Shown here: piece by piece, positions 12,901 to 25,680 of the stretch
Position numbering within the stretch: position 1 is the first letter of the stretch
Layout of the letters: the number at the start of each line of letters is the position of its first letter
Assembly: GCF_009914755.1 (NCBI RefSeq)
Contig: NC_060928.1
DNA from: the human T2T-CHM13v2.0 reference genome, Homo sapiens
Direction: 5' to 3' (one strand)
DNA: 64,000 nt
Notes under the pieces: model-generated
The model's input: only the letters and a program-made list of their open reading frames with translations
The model's database searches: none
What the model was told of the DNA's origin: nothing
Position numbers and translations under genes: made by a program

Positions 12901-15719
12901 ACAAAAAAACTCATAATGTTTTAAGAAAGTTTACAAATTTATGTTGGGCCACATTCAACCTACTGTGGGTTGGACAAGCTTGCCTTAGACACTCCTTAGT
13001 TTTATATTGGTTTGTTTTTGAGAACATCATGACATCCGAAGGTAATTAATGAAACCCTAGAGTTTTGCACAACCAAGAATGGAAAGTGACTACTACTTAA
13101 GGCTTTTGTTTTTCAGTCTTGGGAAAATAGAGTTAAACTTACTCTCACTGTTACTAAATTAAAAGAGCAATTGTATATTGCTCATAGTACCCTCAAAATA
13201 ATTGAATAATCCATTTATCTAAGTTCAGAAGAGAAATAAAAATAGCGAACATATAAACTGAAGTAGGGGGCTCTTCCAAGCTACACATAAAGAGATATCC
13301 TAAAGTGGAAAAAATATTAAGTGAGATTAAAATGAGTTAGTTATATTCCATATCTATTTTGTCAAGCAAAATAAGAATTTGAAAGGATTGATGTAGGAAA
13401 AATGGAAAAGGATAAATTATTAATACTTTGCTAAGTAAGGAGAACAAAGGTATGTGATAAATTACTCTTGAGTGATAAAGAAGACATTAGAGAGAAAAAG
13501 TTTGAATTTTTTTTAAAGAAAAAAGATATAAAGAAGAGAAATGGGATAATGAGAGATCAAGAATATTTTAGGCTAAATTTCTAGAAGGTTGTTCTAAGAA
13601 AGAATACTTGATACAACAGACTGGTATTTCACTGGGATTGCTGAGAGTAGGATATAAGAGAACACATAGATAAATAAATGGTTGAAATTGGCAACTTTAC
13701 CTCCAGCCTTACTTGGCAGTTATGGAGTGAACCAGAATAGGGGAGTCATGGAGATAAAGTTGCTGACTGTAGGCACTCCTGCCAAAGAACTCATGCCCAT
13801 AGCAAAATTCTACAATAAATGAGTCTGCTTTTCCTATACCAGACTGGGGCATTTATTTTCTGTGAGAACAAAACCATTTTTAAAAATCATTCTTCCTTCT
13901 CAGCTCTGTCTCCAAATGTCCTACCCTGACTATAGTTCTTGAGGGAAAGAAAAAAAACCAAATTGATCATTTTATTATTTGACCTGATTTGCATTTTAAG
14001 TTCTATGTGACTGTCAGATATTGGGCTTCCCAGAGGCTACTCAGTTCTAGTGTAGTCCAGGTCAGCCTCTTCCCTCACAGAACATCCTTATCTCTACTGA
14101 TGCTCAGAAGAGAATATCCTAGTTGTAAAGTGGAGAATTCAGTTGCTATTGGTGTAAATCAATTATGAGCATTGATTTCATTTGTTTTGATGTTAATACT
14201 TCTAAAATTTGATCAAACAGCTTTTTAACTACCATCAAGTGTTAATTTTGAAAAAGCAGTATTTTATTCAAGATCCTACAAATATTGTTCTTCAAGATTG
14301 AATGCCAGTAAAGGCTGTAATTCTATAATTTAATCTACTTGTGTTTCTGAAGCTAAGACAGTTATTATGACTTTCTTTAATTTTAAAAAAGGGAGAAAAA
14401 TAGAAAAAATTTTTAGTAAATCTAGAATTTGATAGTGCCATCTGTTGTTTAGAAACAAAATTGCATGCCCTTAAAAGCTACAATTTCTTTCTCTACTAAT
14501 TTTCAAGAAAAGGTTAAGACTAATTTTGTCCATGTTCTCAATTTATTCAAGAGAAAAAGTTACAAAGCTTTGTTCATGCTGTATTTCCACATACAAAGGC
14601 GTTTGTCATCTCTTTTATACTGATTAACATGTAGAATCTTGAAATTGTTATAAATATGACGTATTTGCCTAAAAATTAGCAACTATTAAAAATATGCCTA
14701 GTTCAGATTATGCTTTAAAATAATAAGTAAAATAATAGATATCAGAGATAAAGATACTTTCAGTTTTGAAAGATAATGCACCTTAATTTACATTCCATTG
14801 TTAAGATAAGAGTGGCTTTTAGTTCCAAATAATGAAGATAATTCTAGATTCACTAAAAAAATTTTCCTATTCTTCTTTCTTTTTTAATTAAAAAAAGTCA
14901 TTCTTAGCCTCAGAAACACAAGTAGATTAAATTCAACTATGAGTAAACATGTGACTATGGCAACACATAAATATATATCTTACACTTGGAGGAATAAAAT
15001 TAATATTTCAAAATATTTAACTTATGATAATGTGAATTTTATAATTTCTTCTCTTTAAATACACCTAATGTTTCAAATGTTTTATGTAATTAATCTTACA
15101 GATACAGGGAAAAGTAAAAGAATACCTTTATTAAGAAGAAGCAAGCCACACCCCCATCGCACGCCCTGGCAAGGGGGACAAGGGAACATTTCCCATTACA
15201 TTTACAAGGAAAAAAGATAGTTCAAATTACACATGATTGGTTTTTGTGATCAATTTACTACTAAAAATTTTAAGTGTTTACTTCAGTGTTTAAAAAAACA
15301 ATTCTATAATAGGCTTTGTAATTTCAAAGAAATATGTTGAACTTTATTTTATTTTTTTCATAATAAGCTAATATATTGCATATACACATTATTTATTGCT
15401 TCATCTCTGTCACTTTCTTCTCCACAGTTTGTCAAACAGATTTGTTGGTATAATAAAATTGTTAACACACTAACAGATAAAAGGAAATTCAGGAAAGTTC
15501 TGAACAATTTAAGTTTGCAATGTTACAGAAGGATCCTTAGCCTGGGTTACATTTCAGACCACTTTCTTAATGCTGTTGTTCACAGAAGTAGTTTAACATT
15601 TCATAGTAGCTTATTTCAACTTAGTTTGAGGCAGTGTTTTCCAATGTTATTAAATTTACACGTGAAATTGTAAACTCCTTTTTAGAATTAGATTGTCCTC
15701 TGTAGTCATTCTAAGGGTA

Positions 15720-17205
15720 ATTTTAAATTGTATGCTTTTGTAAAGTTCTTATACTTTACAATAAGTAGTATAATATTACTCGAAGGTAAGCAGTAATAAG
15801 TTAAAGATGGACACTATAAACCCTACAGAAACTAAAATGAGTCTATAAAGAGTTATAGCTAATAAGCCAACAAAGGAGAATCATAAGTAGTATCATAAAA
15901 TATACTCTATTAATTCAAAAGAAGGTAGGAAAAGAAAAAAAGAGGAGAGGCAAAGAACGGTTAGGACAAATATAAGACAACAAGACAGGAGGCTTAAATT
16001 CAACATGTAACAATCACACTAAATGTAAAAGTCTAAACACTGCAATTAAAAAGCACGCAATATCAGGTTAGATAAAACAGTAAAACCCAACTACGTGCTG
16101 TCTACGGTAAATCCAATTTAAATATAAAAACATAATTAGGTTACAAGTAAAGAGATGGAATAAGATATTCTATGCGAACATTTATCATAGAAAGGTGGAA
16201 TGGACATATTAAATATAAGACAATGCAGATTTCATATCAAAGACTATTACCAGTGATACAGAAGATGATTTCATAATGATAAAGTGTTCAATTAATGAAG
16301 AGGACATAATAATCTAAAATGTTTATGCACTGTATCAGTTTTGTTTTGTTGCATAACCAATTACCAGAAGCTTAATGTCTTTAGAAGACACCCATTTATC
16401 AGCTCACAGTTCTGTGGCTCAGAAGCCTCAACATAACATTTTCGATTCAGTTTCAAAAGGTAAAATCAATGTGGCAGCTAGACTGTATTCTAGTCTGGAT
16501 TTCAGGAGCCTCTTCCAAGCCCGCATGCTGTGACAGAATTCAATTTCTTGCAGTTATAGAACTGAGGTCTCCATTCCTTCACTGGTTGTTAGCTGAAGGT
16601 CACTCAGCTCCTAGAGGTCAACTCTATTTTGCCACATGGCCCCCTCTGTTTTCAAAGCCAGGAACAAGGAATCCTTCTCACATGGAATTCTTCTAATACT
16701 TTGAATGTCTTTCACCAGAACCTTTGTCCCTTTTAAGGACTAACCTGATTAGGCCAGGTTCACTGAGGATAATCTCCAAGGATTATACAGGGCATGCACA
16801 TCAGGGAGCAAGATCTTGGGGACCACCTTAGAATTCTGCCTATTCCAGGTATCTAATAACGTGAAAATACAAGAAGCCAATACTAACAGAACTACGAAGA
16901 GTAATAGACAAATGTATGATTATAGTTACAGATTTCAACACACCTTAACAATATATGAAATAAGTGGACAGAAATTCAGTAAGGATATAAAAGACTTAAA
17001 TAACACTATCAATCAACTTGATCTAATTGATATTTTTAGAACACTACACCTGATGTCAGCAGAATAAACAGTATTTTCAAATGTGTATTGGACATCTTAC
17101 AAGATAGACCATATCCTGCACCAAAAAACAAGGCTCAAAAAATATTTTTAAATTCAACTCATACAATACATGTTCTCTGAACACAATGGAATTAAATTAT
17201 AAATC
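15720..17205 (+). mobile_element. Old L1M fragment (inter-ORF and ORF2 endonuclease region)
   Basis: Degenerate endonuclease-coding sequence; ORF 16816-17067 ends in KDIKDLNNTINQLDLIDIFRTLH, a typical L1 ORF2 EN motif. Confidence 0.8.
16331..16848 (-). mobile_element. MLT1 (MLT1D-like) LTR inserted in the L1M
   Basis: TG...CA bounded; catttatcagctcacagttctgtg and ggggaccaccttagaattctgcct. It interrupts the L1 phrase aatgtttatgcac|ctaataac. Confidence 0.8.
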
Positions 17206-18565
17206 TTATTTCATAGGATCATGTTGGTAGCCCACCAAAGTAGCCACAGAGGGAATATTTATACAGTGGAAATTGATCAGAACTGGTAAGTGATACACAT
17301 CAGGCCTTCCCTCTCTCTGGCTATTTGTCACCTACGACAGGTTGCTAAAATTTTTCGAAGACATCATTGACGTTACTTACTAAGGAACTTTGTCTCAGCA
17401 TCTAGGGATCATGAGTGGAGCCCCTTCAGTTTATATCTAACAAAACATAGGCCCAGTAACTTACCCCAAACACACTGCCAACTAGTCAAAAAGCAGTTTA
17501 GAAAACCAAAACAAGAGAGCTTTTTAAGTGACTAGTTATCTTCATTTAATATTTTTTTTATTGTTGCTTCTTCTCTTTCCCTTCTATATCCCTTTTTTAT
17601 TAAACATCTCTTACTAAGGAACTTTGTCTCTGTTTGATATTTATTGAAAGAGGTGCCTAAATAGATGAAGCAAAATTATAGGTGATGAAAATCTTGTCTC
17701 AGCATCTAGGTGTAAGACAACCCAAGCATACATTTAGGTGCACAATTTTGGAAAACAGTAAGACATTAAAAAATAAGGCTATTTCAGTCAGAGTTTAGGT
17801 CTATAAAATGCAAGATTACACATTTATACATTTTAAAAACAGAATAAGTATTCTGATTTCAGGTTTTAGAAATCAGGCTGGTCTCGAACTCATGAGCTCA
17901 AGTGATCTGCCTGCCTCGGCCTTTAAAGGAATTAATTTCTTAAACATAGAGTTTTGTTATAAAATTATAATTGACTTAAACATTAACACTATACATACTT
18001 CAGAACCTCACCGCCACTTCATCCTTTCTATCCATTTTCTAGCGCTTATTTGTCTAAAGTTCACCACCTCACCTGGTATATTCCAACATGGTCTCATCTT
18101 TCATCATATTCCCATTAAAACGTTCATCATTTCTTGATTGTCACAGAATCAACTATCTAAACTTTCATCATGAAGTATAAGAAAATAAAAGTTTAATTTT
18201 CCAAAAGGCTTATTTTAAAGCAGAACTTGTGAATCTAAATGAAATTTTAGGGTGTGAGAAGTTCTCTGAGATATTTTTGAACGAGGGAATATTTCTGCAC
18301 TTTTTGGCCTATATGGGCTGTGAGTCACATTTGCAATGTTGCCTTTCTTCCCTCAATACCTTTTTTTCATTCTTTAAACCTTTGCCTAGTAACCACAAGC
18401 AGAAATATAGCTACTCTCTCATCTTTCAGAATCTGTCCTATTACTTTATTCAGCAAGTACTAGAAATATTGCTGTTACTAGAGCAGAAGTAAAATTCTGC
18501 CTTAACAGAGTTTACATTCTACTGAGGAGGGGGGCAAATAATATACACAATTAAAAGTAAATTGT

Positions 18566-18822
18566 GGCTGGGCGCAGTGGTTCATGCCTATAATCCCAGC
18601 ACTTTGGGAGGCCGAGGCGGGCAGATCACTTGAGCTCATGAGTTCCAGACCAGCCTGAAATTAGCCAGGCATGGTGGTACACACCTGTTGTCCCAGCTAT
18701 TGGGGAGGCTGAGGTGGGAGTATGGCTTAAGCCCGGGAGGCAGTTTGCAGTGAGCCAAGACAGCATCACTGCACTCCAGCCTGGGCGATAGAGCCAGACT
18801 TTGTGTCAAAAAAAAAAAAAAA
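18566..18822 (+). mobile_element. AluJ-like SINE with an internal deletion
   Basis: ggctgggcgcagtgg...polyA with TSD aaaagtaaattgt (18553-18565, 18819-18831). The end of the left arm and most of the linker are missing after cagcctga. Confidence 0.92.
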
Positions 18823-21539
18823 GTAAATTGTGTAGTGTATTAGGCAATAATAAGCACTATATGAAAAATAAAGCAAGGAAACATATACAGAACATTAGGG
18901 GAGGGTGGTGGGTATTACTGTGTAAATAAAATAATCAGGGAAAAGCTCAATGAGGTAACAAATAAAGAAAGACTTGAAGGGGTGAGGGAGCAAGCCCTCT
19001 GGAAGAGCCCTGTGAAACCTGGGCAAGAGTGTTTCTAAGAGAAGAAACGGCCTCTGCAAGGGTCCTTAGGAAAGAGCCTCCAAAGCAGCCAGTGTGGAAG
19101 CCAAATGGATGGCATTTTCAAAACGACTGTCATATTTATTTTTTATGCATTTCCAAGCAATCAATTTTTCATAGATTTTGCCTATTTACTCAGTTCTCCA
19201 TTTTAAAAATTTAGAAAAAAAGAAAATAATAAATTCCCATATACCCAATACCCAAATGAAAGTATCACAATTTTGACAAAATTGTGTTTTTAAATCTTTT
19301 TTCCTTTTGCTGAAGTATTTTAAAGAAATTCTATATCACTGGATTTCTGTTCTTCAGCATGCATCTCTAAATGTACAGCCATATTCTTATATATCTACAA
19401 AATTATCACATGGGACTAAATCAAATTATTCCTATTTATCTAATACTCAGCCCATAACTAAATTTTTCTGATTTTCTCAAAATGTCTTTTTGCAATTGAT
19501 TTGTTTGAATCAACACCCAAATTTGATGGCATTTCTTAAAGTGAAATGACAATTTCACTGTATTTGTACTATTGCCTTAAGTGTATGCTATTTTAAAAAT
19601 ATTTTAATATTTCTTGAATATTAAATTAAGGAGATAATCGAGCAGTTAATTATAATTATAAATACTCTAAAATTGACACTATATATGACTTCAAATAAAG
19701 GTGCACAACCCAAATAATGCATTTGTATGATTTTTCTCATCATTATTATTAATAATACAACTAATTTGTTATACTATCATCTAAATCACATATCGGCAAT
19801 TTTTTTTTAATCATAGAGGACTTAGCTCACATAGGTACAGCTTAGATGCACTTAAACATTATATGAAACAGCTAGAGAAAAGAAAATAGCAAAAGCAGCC
19901 CAGGTGATGATGACAGAGCACAGAAAATGAAAATGGTCCCAGCAGGAGTAAGTGGAGACCCAGTATTCTTTCAAATAAGCATTTGTTCAACCTATTACAA
20001 TTAGTAATGTCAGGTCTTAGTTCCAACATTATTTCAACACGTTTACAAAGCAACATTTGATTCAGGCCACATGTACACTCAGTAATAAAATCTGTCAGGA
20101 TTTTTACAAAGCCTTAAATGTTTTCTTTATATATTTCCCTAAAGGTTAAATAAGGTTTTCATAAAAATAAAAACTGTTCTCCTTTCTTAGTTCAAAATCA
20201 ATGATAGCATTTCCTTCTTTTCATATATGTATTGAGTTTGGCTTTCCTTTATTAAACACTCTTCAATAGCAAATCACCTGATGTAAGGAGGGTAGAAAAT
20301 GATTTGGTGCTGATCACGCCATTCATCAAATCCCAGAAAAATATGATTTTGTGTCATTTTCCAATGCACATTTCCAAACCCAAACTGAACAGAAGAGACT
20401 CAACTTTAATTAACCATCCTATCCTTCTATTCCAACAATCATATGCTTACTGATGGTGAATTTATCTGTCTCATTCAAATTTGAGAGAGAGATTTTTGGA
20501 AGATGATACTTGAAAATTCTGAGATATTCAAGTCACCATATAGTTTTCATAATAAAGGCAGATACCTGACTGGCGTTGGATTATAAAATTAATTTCCAGC
20601 ATCTAGAATTGTTTTTTCACCTTTGCAGCATATGTACATATATACATATATATGCAATATTTTACATATAAATGTAAAATACTGATTTTTTTCCACTCTC
20701 ATGGATAAATGTTAATTATAAGGTTTTTAATATCTTTTTTTATGTTTTATATCTTTTTCTTGCCAGTAGTTCAGTATGGCAAAAGTATCCTTGAATTCTT
20801 TTTCATAAAGGTGTTCTATGGATTTTTTTCATAAATAAAATCTTTACTTTCAACTCATTTTTGTCTTAAATACAAAAATAAGTCATTATATCCACTCAAA
20901 CATATATCTCAAATAGATGCTTTAATTCTCTCTCCTAAGCTAGAGCCTTTGCTTGGTAATATACAGAGACAGAGAGAAAATAGACATTACTGATAATGTT
21001 TTTATCTAACATTTATTAAATATTTTCTACATGGAAAGTCTTTTGCTAAATTCTGTGTTATTTTATTTACATTTTGTAATAATTCCATGAAGCAGGTATT
21101 ACTGGCAGATGAGGCAAATGAAGATTGTAAAGTTAGATGAACTTGATTATCGATACTTTGCCAGTACTGCTACAGACAAAGAGACCACACCTCCATCTAC
21201 CAAAAAAACTCAGTGTCCTAAACCAAAGTTTCATAATGTTCAATTCCAAGTTCAAATGTATTAGTACGTCTGTCTATACACCAGCAGAATTATAGAGTGT
21301 CTTAGAGTGTGACACTGGGAGTTGCATGTACAGTAATTCACATCATCTACCACAGCAAATAGCTAGCAATATCTGTCACCAGTGCTATAGGAGACGAAGA
21401 AGGAAATCAAAACATATGCACTGGACTCATGGAGGACCTTACATTCCAGTTACATTCCAAATCACTCTAATACAAGGTAGAATGAAGTGCTTATAGCACA
21501 ATACAAATGAAGAGCTATGGGAGTTCAAGGTTACTTTTC

Positions 21540-22110
21540 ACCACTCACTTAAATATTTATTAAGCACCTACTGTATGTAAAATATCATACCAGGCAGTAT
21601 GATCAAACAAATGAACATGATAGATATGTTCCTTTGCCACTATGGAATTTAGTGATTCAAGTGGGGAGAATGATTGAAAACAAGTAATAAGTAAAGGAAC
21701 AACTAATTGTGATATGTGGTAGGAAGGAAATGAGCAGTAAATGAATAATTGTGAAATATATTGTTTTTAAGGAGATATTTACAGAGAAGAGGGAGTTATA
21801 TAAGCTGAGAATTAACCATGAGAAGGAAACAGCCATGGGGAGAAGGGAAGATAGATTTCTAGGCAGGGAGCAGAAAATGTTCAATTACTAAAAGGCAAGT
21901 TTGAGAACTGAAGAATGCCAGTGTGGCTGGGACCTAGTAGGCAAAGGAAATGGTGGGTGTGAAGATGCAATTGTAGTGGTAAGAAGACCACTTCGTGCCT
22001 GAGAATCTGAGCAATGTTTTAGACACAACGGGAAGATAAAAGTTTAACAAACACAGGAGCATACATACTCTGATTAACATTTTCCATAAATTACCCCTGG
22101 CTGCAGAAGA
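21540..22110 (-). mobile_element. L2 LINE 3' fragment
   Basis: aaatatttattaagcacctactgtatg...aggcagggagcagaaaatgttcaa...cagtgtggctgg are typical L2 phrases. Confidence 0.65.
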
Positions 22111-22142
22111 AAAAGTAATACTGAGAGATGTAAAAGGCTTCA

Positions 22143-22450
<308 letters not shown>

Positions 22451-22607
22451 TCAGAATATGTGGCGTTACTTAGTTTTTGAGAACTGCTTTTAGCATTCGT
22501 TCAACAATTATTTATAAAACATAGAAATGTGCCACTTTCTAGAAATACAGTGATGGGATAAAAGACAACATTTCTTGCCTTCTGACGCTTACTTTTCCAA
22601 GCAGAGA

Positions 22608-22667
22608 TTCTCTCTCTTTCTCTATACGTGCGTGCGTGCACACGCGTGCACACATACACACACACTC
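22608..22667. repeat. Compound (TC)/(CGTG)/(CA) microsatellite
   Basis: Seen directly in the sequence. Confidence 0.85.
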
Positions 22668-24699
22668 ATTTGTAAAGATGAATGAATGAAAAGAAACCTC
22701 TGAAAACTTCCATAGCTCTTTATATTTTTTGTTCCTTGTTCTTTAAAATGCTTATTTCTTCCTATATTTTATTGGTGTTATTTAGTATGTGTGCACATAT
22801 ATATATATATGTGCATTCACACTACACATACACTAAATTATGTATGTATTCCATATGCTATATGTGTATATTATGTATATATATTTATATATTATATATG
22901 CTAAATATATAATTCTACAGATATTATATTACATATAATATACTGTGTATTAAATTATGCATTGTTGTTTTCATATTTTTTGTAATATTTTAGTAAAGAT
23001 ACGAATTTTACTCTAATAATTAGCACATGGTGAGCTCAATTTTGTCATGTCTGATACTGTGCCTCATGGCCACACAGTGCTCTCTGTTGAATTCTCAGAC
23101 TTGTGTTTTATGTTGCTGTGAAATTACAGCAACATTAATAAAAATATAAAATGTATTAATAAAATATATTAAAATATGAACATAATTTTATATTTTATTT
23201 TGCTGGATAATTACTGTTATAAATATCTGCCTTTTTAAATTATGTGAAAATATATCCACCTAAGCATAATTTATTTTAAAAGGTAATGTTTAATCAAACA
23301 TTAGTGTCAAAGCAAAAATATTTTGACTTATAACTCATTATTAATTTAGTCTACTTGTGATGGGATAATTTATTTATAAAGCAATTAAGAAGTTATGTAC
23401 CCTGACTCTAAATAGGATAGGATAGGGCCACGTAGAGAAGAGCTGAACTCAATGCTGTTCATGAATTTGGTAAGTCATGTTTGCATGGAATTCTATGATA
23501 GAATTTGTATTATTTTATGAGAGAGATTTATGATAGTATGTTATGATTCTACTCATTTTATAAAAGCAAAACAACTAGTGGAATGCCTGCTTCACTTTAA
23601 AAAAGAACACCATGTTCTAGTTTTTCTTTCCTCTGTATAGACTCTGTCTTGTCTCTCAAAAGTATAATATTTTAAAACTCGCTGAAATTTAGATACAGTG
23701 GCACTTCGGCCTTTCAAAAGGGTTCAAGCAGAGGGATCTGAATGTGCAAAGTCTGGAGACTTTTTCAGCAGTGAACAGCCTGGAGACTGTTTGTCAACAA
23801 TGAACAATGTGCTTAGTCGGGAGTCTTAGCTGATCAGTGAAAAATCCATAAGAGAGCAAAATACATGTGGGGAAGAACTCAAACTTATGTCACAGCTTCC
23901 ACCACTTTGAGCTACAAAAGCAAATAGGAAGTCACTTCAATTCAAGACATTTATCAATCACCTGTCATGTGCAAGATTGGACCTTTGGTATTAAAATGAT
24001 GAACAAAAGCACAAGTCCCTCCCCACCACCAATTCGGAGAGGAAGGTCTGGTTACTCAACAGAAGAAATAGGACAAATGTTGCAACAGAGAAGGACTCTA
24101 AGTACAAGAGATTCAGCTCACTAGAGCTGACTGAAGTTTTCTTATGAAACAAACTCTGGCAACTCATTTTCCATCCACTTAAAGATGCTGTATAAGAAAT
24201 TATAAAATATTTTAGCTAAGTCTTGGAGATTTTATCAATGACTTGTGGGTGACTATGAAATGCTCTCAGGAATGTAATCCAGGGTTGCAATAATCTTGTT
24301 AATCAAAAAGTTAGAGCAGGAGATTACCCCAGCTTCCATGTTTTTTTTTGTTTTGTTTCTAAACTGGGTGGAATTAAACATTTAAATCTTAATGTATAAG
24401 ATTTATCTATTAGGCCTATTTTCAGTACTGGCTGAAGTATTGTTAATCAAGAAGATATAATACCATCAATATTTTTGAGAAAATTATCTTAGCCGTAACA
24501 TTATTCTGAACACTTTAATCATGGTGGCAGCTAAACCTTCAGGTTGTATAACACTTTTTAGTAAGAGCTCTAGGATCCTAGCTACACTGAAAGGACGTGA
24601 GGCAGGCTGGGGGTCAGTGCCCTCAGACATCTTAGTTTCTAGGTCCCTGGACTTCTGTTGCTAGGCATTCACTGAGAGAATAATGGCAGGGCTATTGTA

Positions 24700-24849
24700 A
24701 GGGTGGTTTTCTCCCCGCCCTCTTCAAACTTGTCTTTCTCTGCTTCTGAAAATAAGTGAATATTTGGAGACAGCCTACAGAGAGGCCAAGAGGTTTCTGC
24801 TTCTATTGATGTTAGCATTTGGTTATAACCACGGGCAAAGAATATTAAG
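24700..24849 (+). promoter_or_regulatory. MMRN1: Candidate distal MMRN1 promoter and non-coding first exon
   Basis: GC box ccccgccc (24713-24720) in non-repeat DNA, followed by a strong donor AAG|GTAAGA at 24849/24850. I recall MMRN1 transcripts with a 5'UTR exon ~15 kb upstream of the coding start. The TSS cannot be fixed from sequence. Confidence 0.55.
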
Positions 24850-25429
24850 GTAAGAGCTACCGATAATTTTTTAAATTAACATTTGCTTATTTTTGTAAGA
24901 TAGAACTTTGTTAATGTTTCTTCAAATAAGATTACAGGTCTATTTCAAGTATTAGTAGTTTAGCTCTTTGTGTAACATACACTGTCTTTAAAAAAAAGCA
25001 TAATTTTCCTTTATAATGGGCACTTAGAATGCAGTAAGAATGTGTAGAGAAAATGTTCTGGCAGAATTCAACAAGACATGTGAAAATAGCCTGAAGAAAA
25101 GCATTTATGTTGAAAACTGTTATCATGTTATTGTTTATGGCATTTTGATTGACAGACTGAATCCACTACTAAATCAACAAACTTTGTACTGTGGAACTGT
25201 TAATCTTTTGGACATGGTATGATGCTGGTTTTAATTTTACAGATATTCTGACTGCTCTGGGTATAGAAACTCTGGGGGAGGACAATTGGTGCACTTACAA
25301 ATATAGCTGCCTGCTTTTCTTTTGAAGTCAAACTCTGGTTTAGCTGTTTACATGTTTTCTAATGTAGCAGAAATTGACTTCTTTGTGTCAACACAATTTC
25401 TAAGAATCTAAATTAAAACATGAAATCAG

Positions 25430-25680
25430 TTAAGTTGGGGGAGAAGGTTGAGTTTAAGCCCTAAAGTAAAAGGATTTGGGTTTAAATGGCAGTTCTGTCC
25501 CCTCTCAGCTGCCATATCTTGGGCAGTTACTTGACTGCTTGTTAAAATGGGGATTCTGAGTCACTATGTCACAAGAGTTTTAGAGAAATTAAAAAAGATA
25601 TTATAGCTTATATGCCACTTAATAGAGTGCTTAGCACAAAATCAGTGCACAAAGAGTTAACCATTACCTACTATAATTAC
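25430..25680 (+). mobile_element. MIR SINE
   Basis: gatttgggtttaaatggcagttctgtcc...cttgggcagttacttgac...aaaatggggat...agtgcttagcaca. Confidence 0.65.

Noticed and set aside
22608-22667. Possible SNCA promoter repeat Rep1
   Set aside because: The composition (short TC, CGTG, short CA) does not match the (TC)(TA)(CA) structure I recall, and Rep1 should lie closer to SNCA, left of this window.
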